A DNA stretch of 63,885 nt, counting the filler, from Octopus bimaculoides (taxonomy: Eukaryota): assembly GCF_001194135.2 (NCBI RefSeq). It is 7 parts of 5 records of this genome, joined end to end, with 100 filler letters (N's around TTAATTAATTAA, not from the genome) between each part and the next. Parts side by side here need not be neighbours in the genome. Positions count along the whole stretch, not along the records: positions 61,123 to 63,885 come from NC_068988.1; 6 more parts are not named here. The stretch is one strand, 5' to 3'. Below, piece after piece: positions 63,807-63,885 of this stretch. The translations under genes and the position numbers were made by a program. The stretch's first letter is position 1. Every line of letters begins with the position of its first letter. Below the pieces are notes generated by a model. The model was not told where the DNA came from. It worked only from the letters and a program-made list of their open reading frames with translations, and searched no databases.

Positions 63807-63885
63807 TCATTATTATTAAGGGGACGAGCTGAAAGCACTATTAGCACGCCGGAGAAAATGCTTAGCGGCATTTTGTCCGTCATCA

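Overview
Eukaryotic, AT-rich, microsatellite-saturated genomic DNA with many N gaps. The repeat content strongly resembles an octopus (coleoid cephalopod) draft assembly, which is an inference. There are no operons, CRISPR arrays, rRNA or true tRNA genes, and most listed ORFs are microsatellite or gap artefacts. The one well-supported host gene is on the minus strand: two phase-compatible exons (19603-19424, 19328-19266) encode the N-terminus of a STAND/NB-ARC-like P-loop NTPase (FVGR...GLPYVGKT). The rest is a fossil record of mobile DNA. DNA transposons include a DD36E-type Tc1 element, mariner and maT remnants and MITEs. LINE fragments belong to the CRE (two inverted copies), R4/Dong (three), Tx1/L1 (two), CR1 and RTE clades. 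At least five SINE-like families and several Penelope-like terminal fragments are present. The most striking signal is a composite element at 61782-62148: a tRNA-like Pol III head, a trinucleotide spacer and a fully foldable minimal hammerhead ribozyme. Two further hammerhead-like motifs lie at 59036-59070 and 52561-52603.
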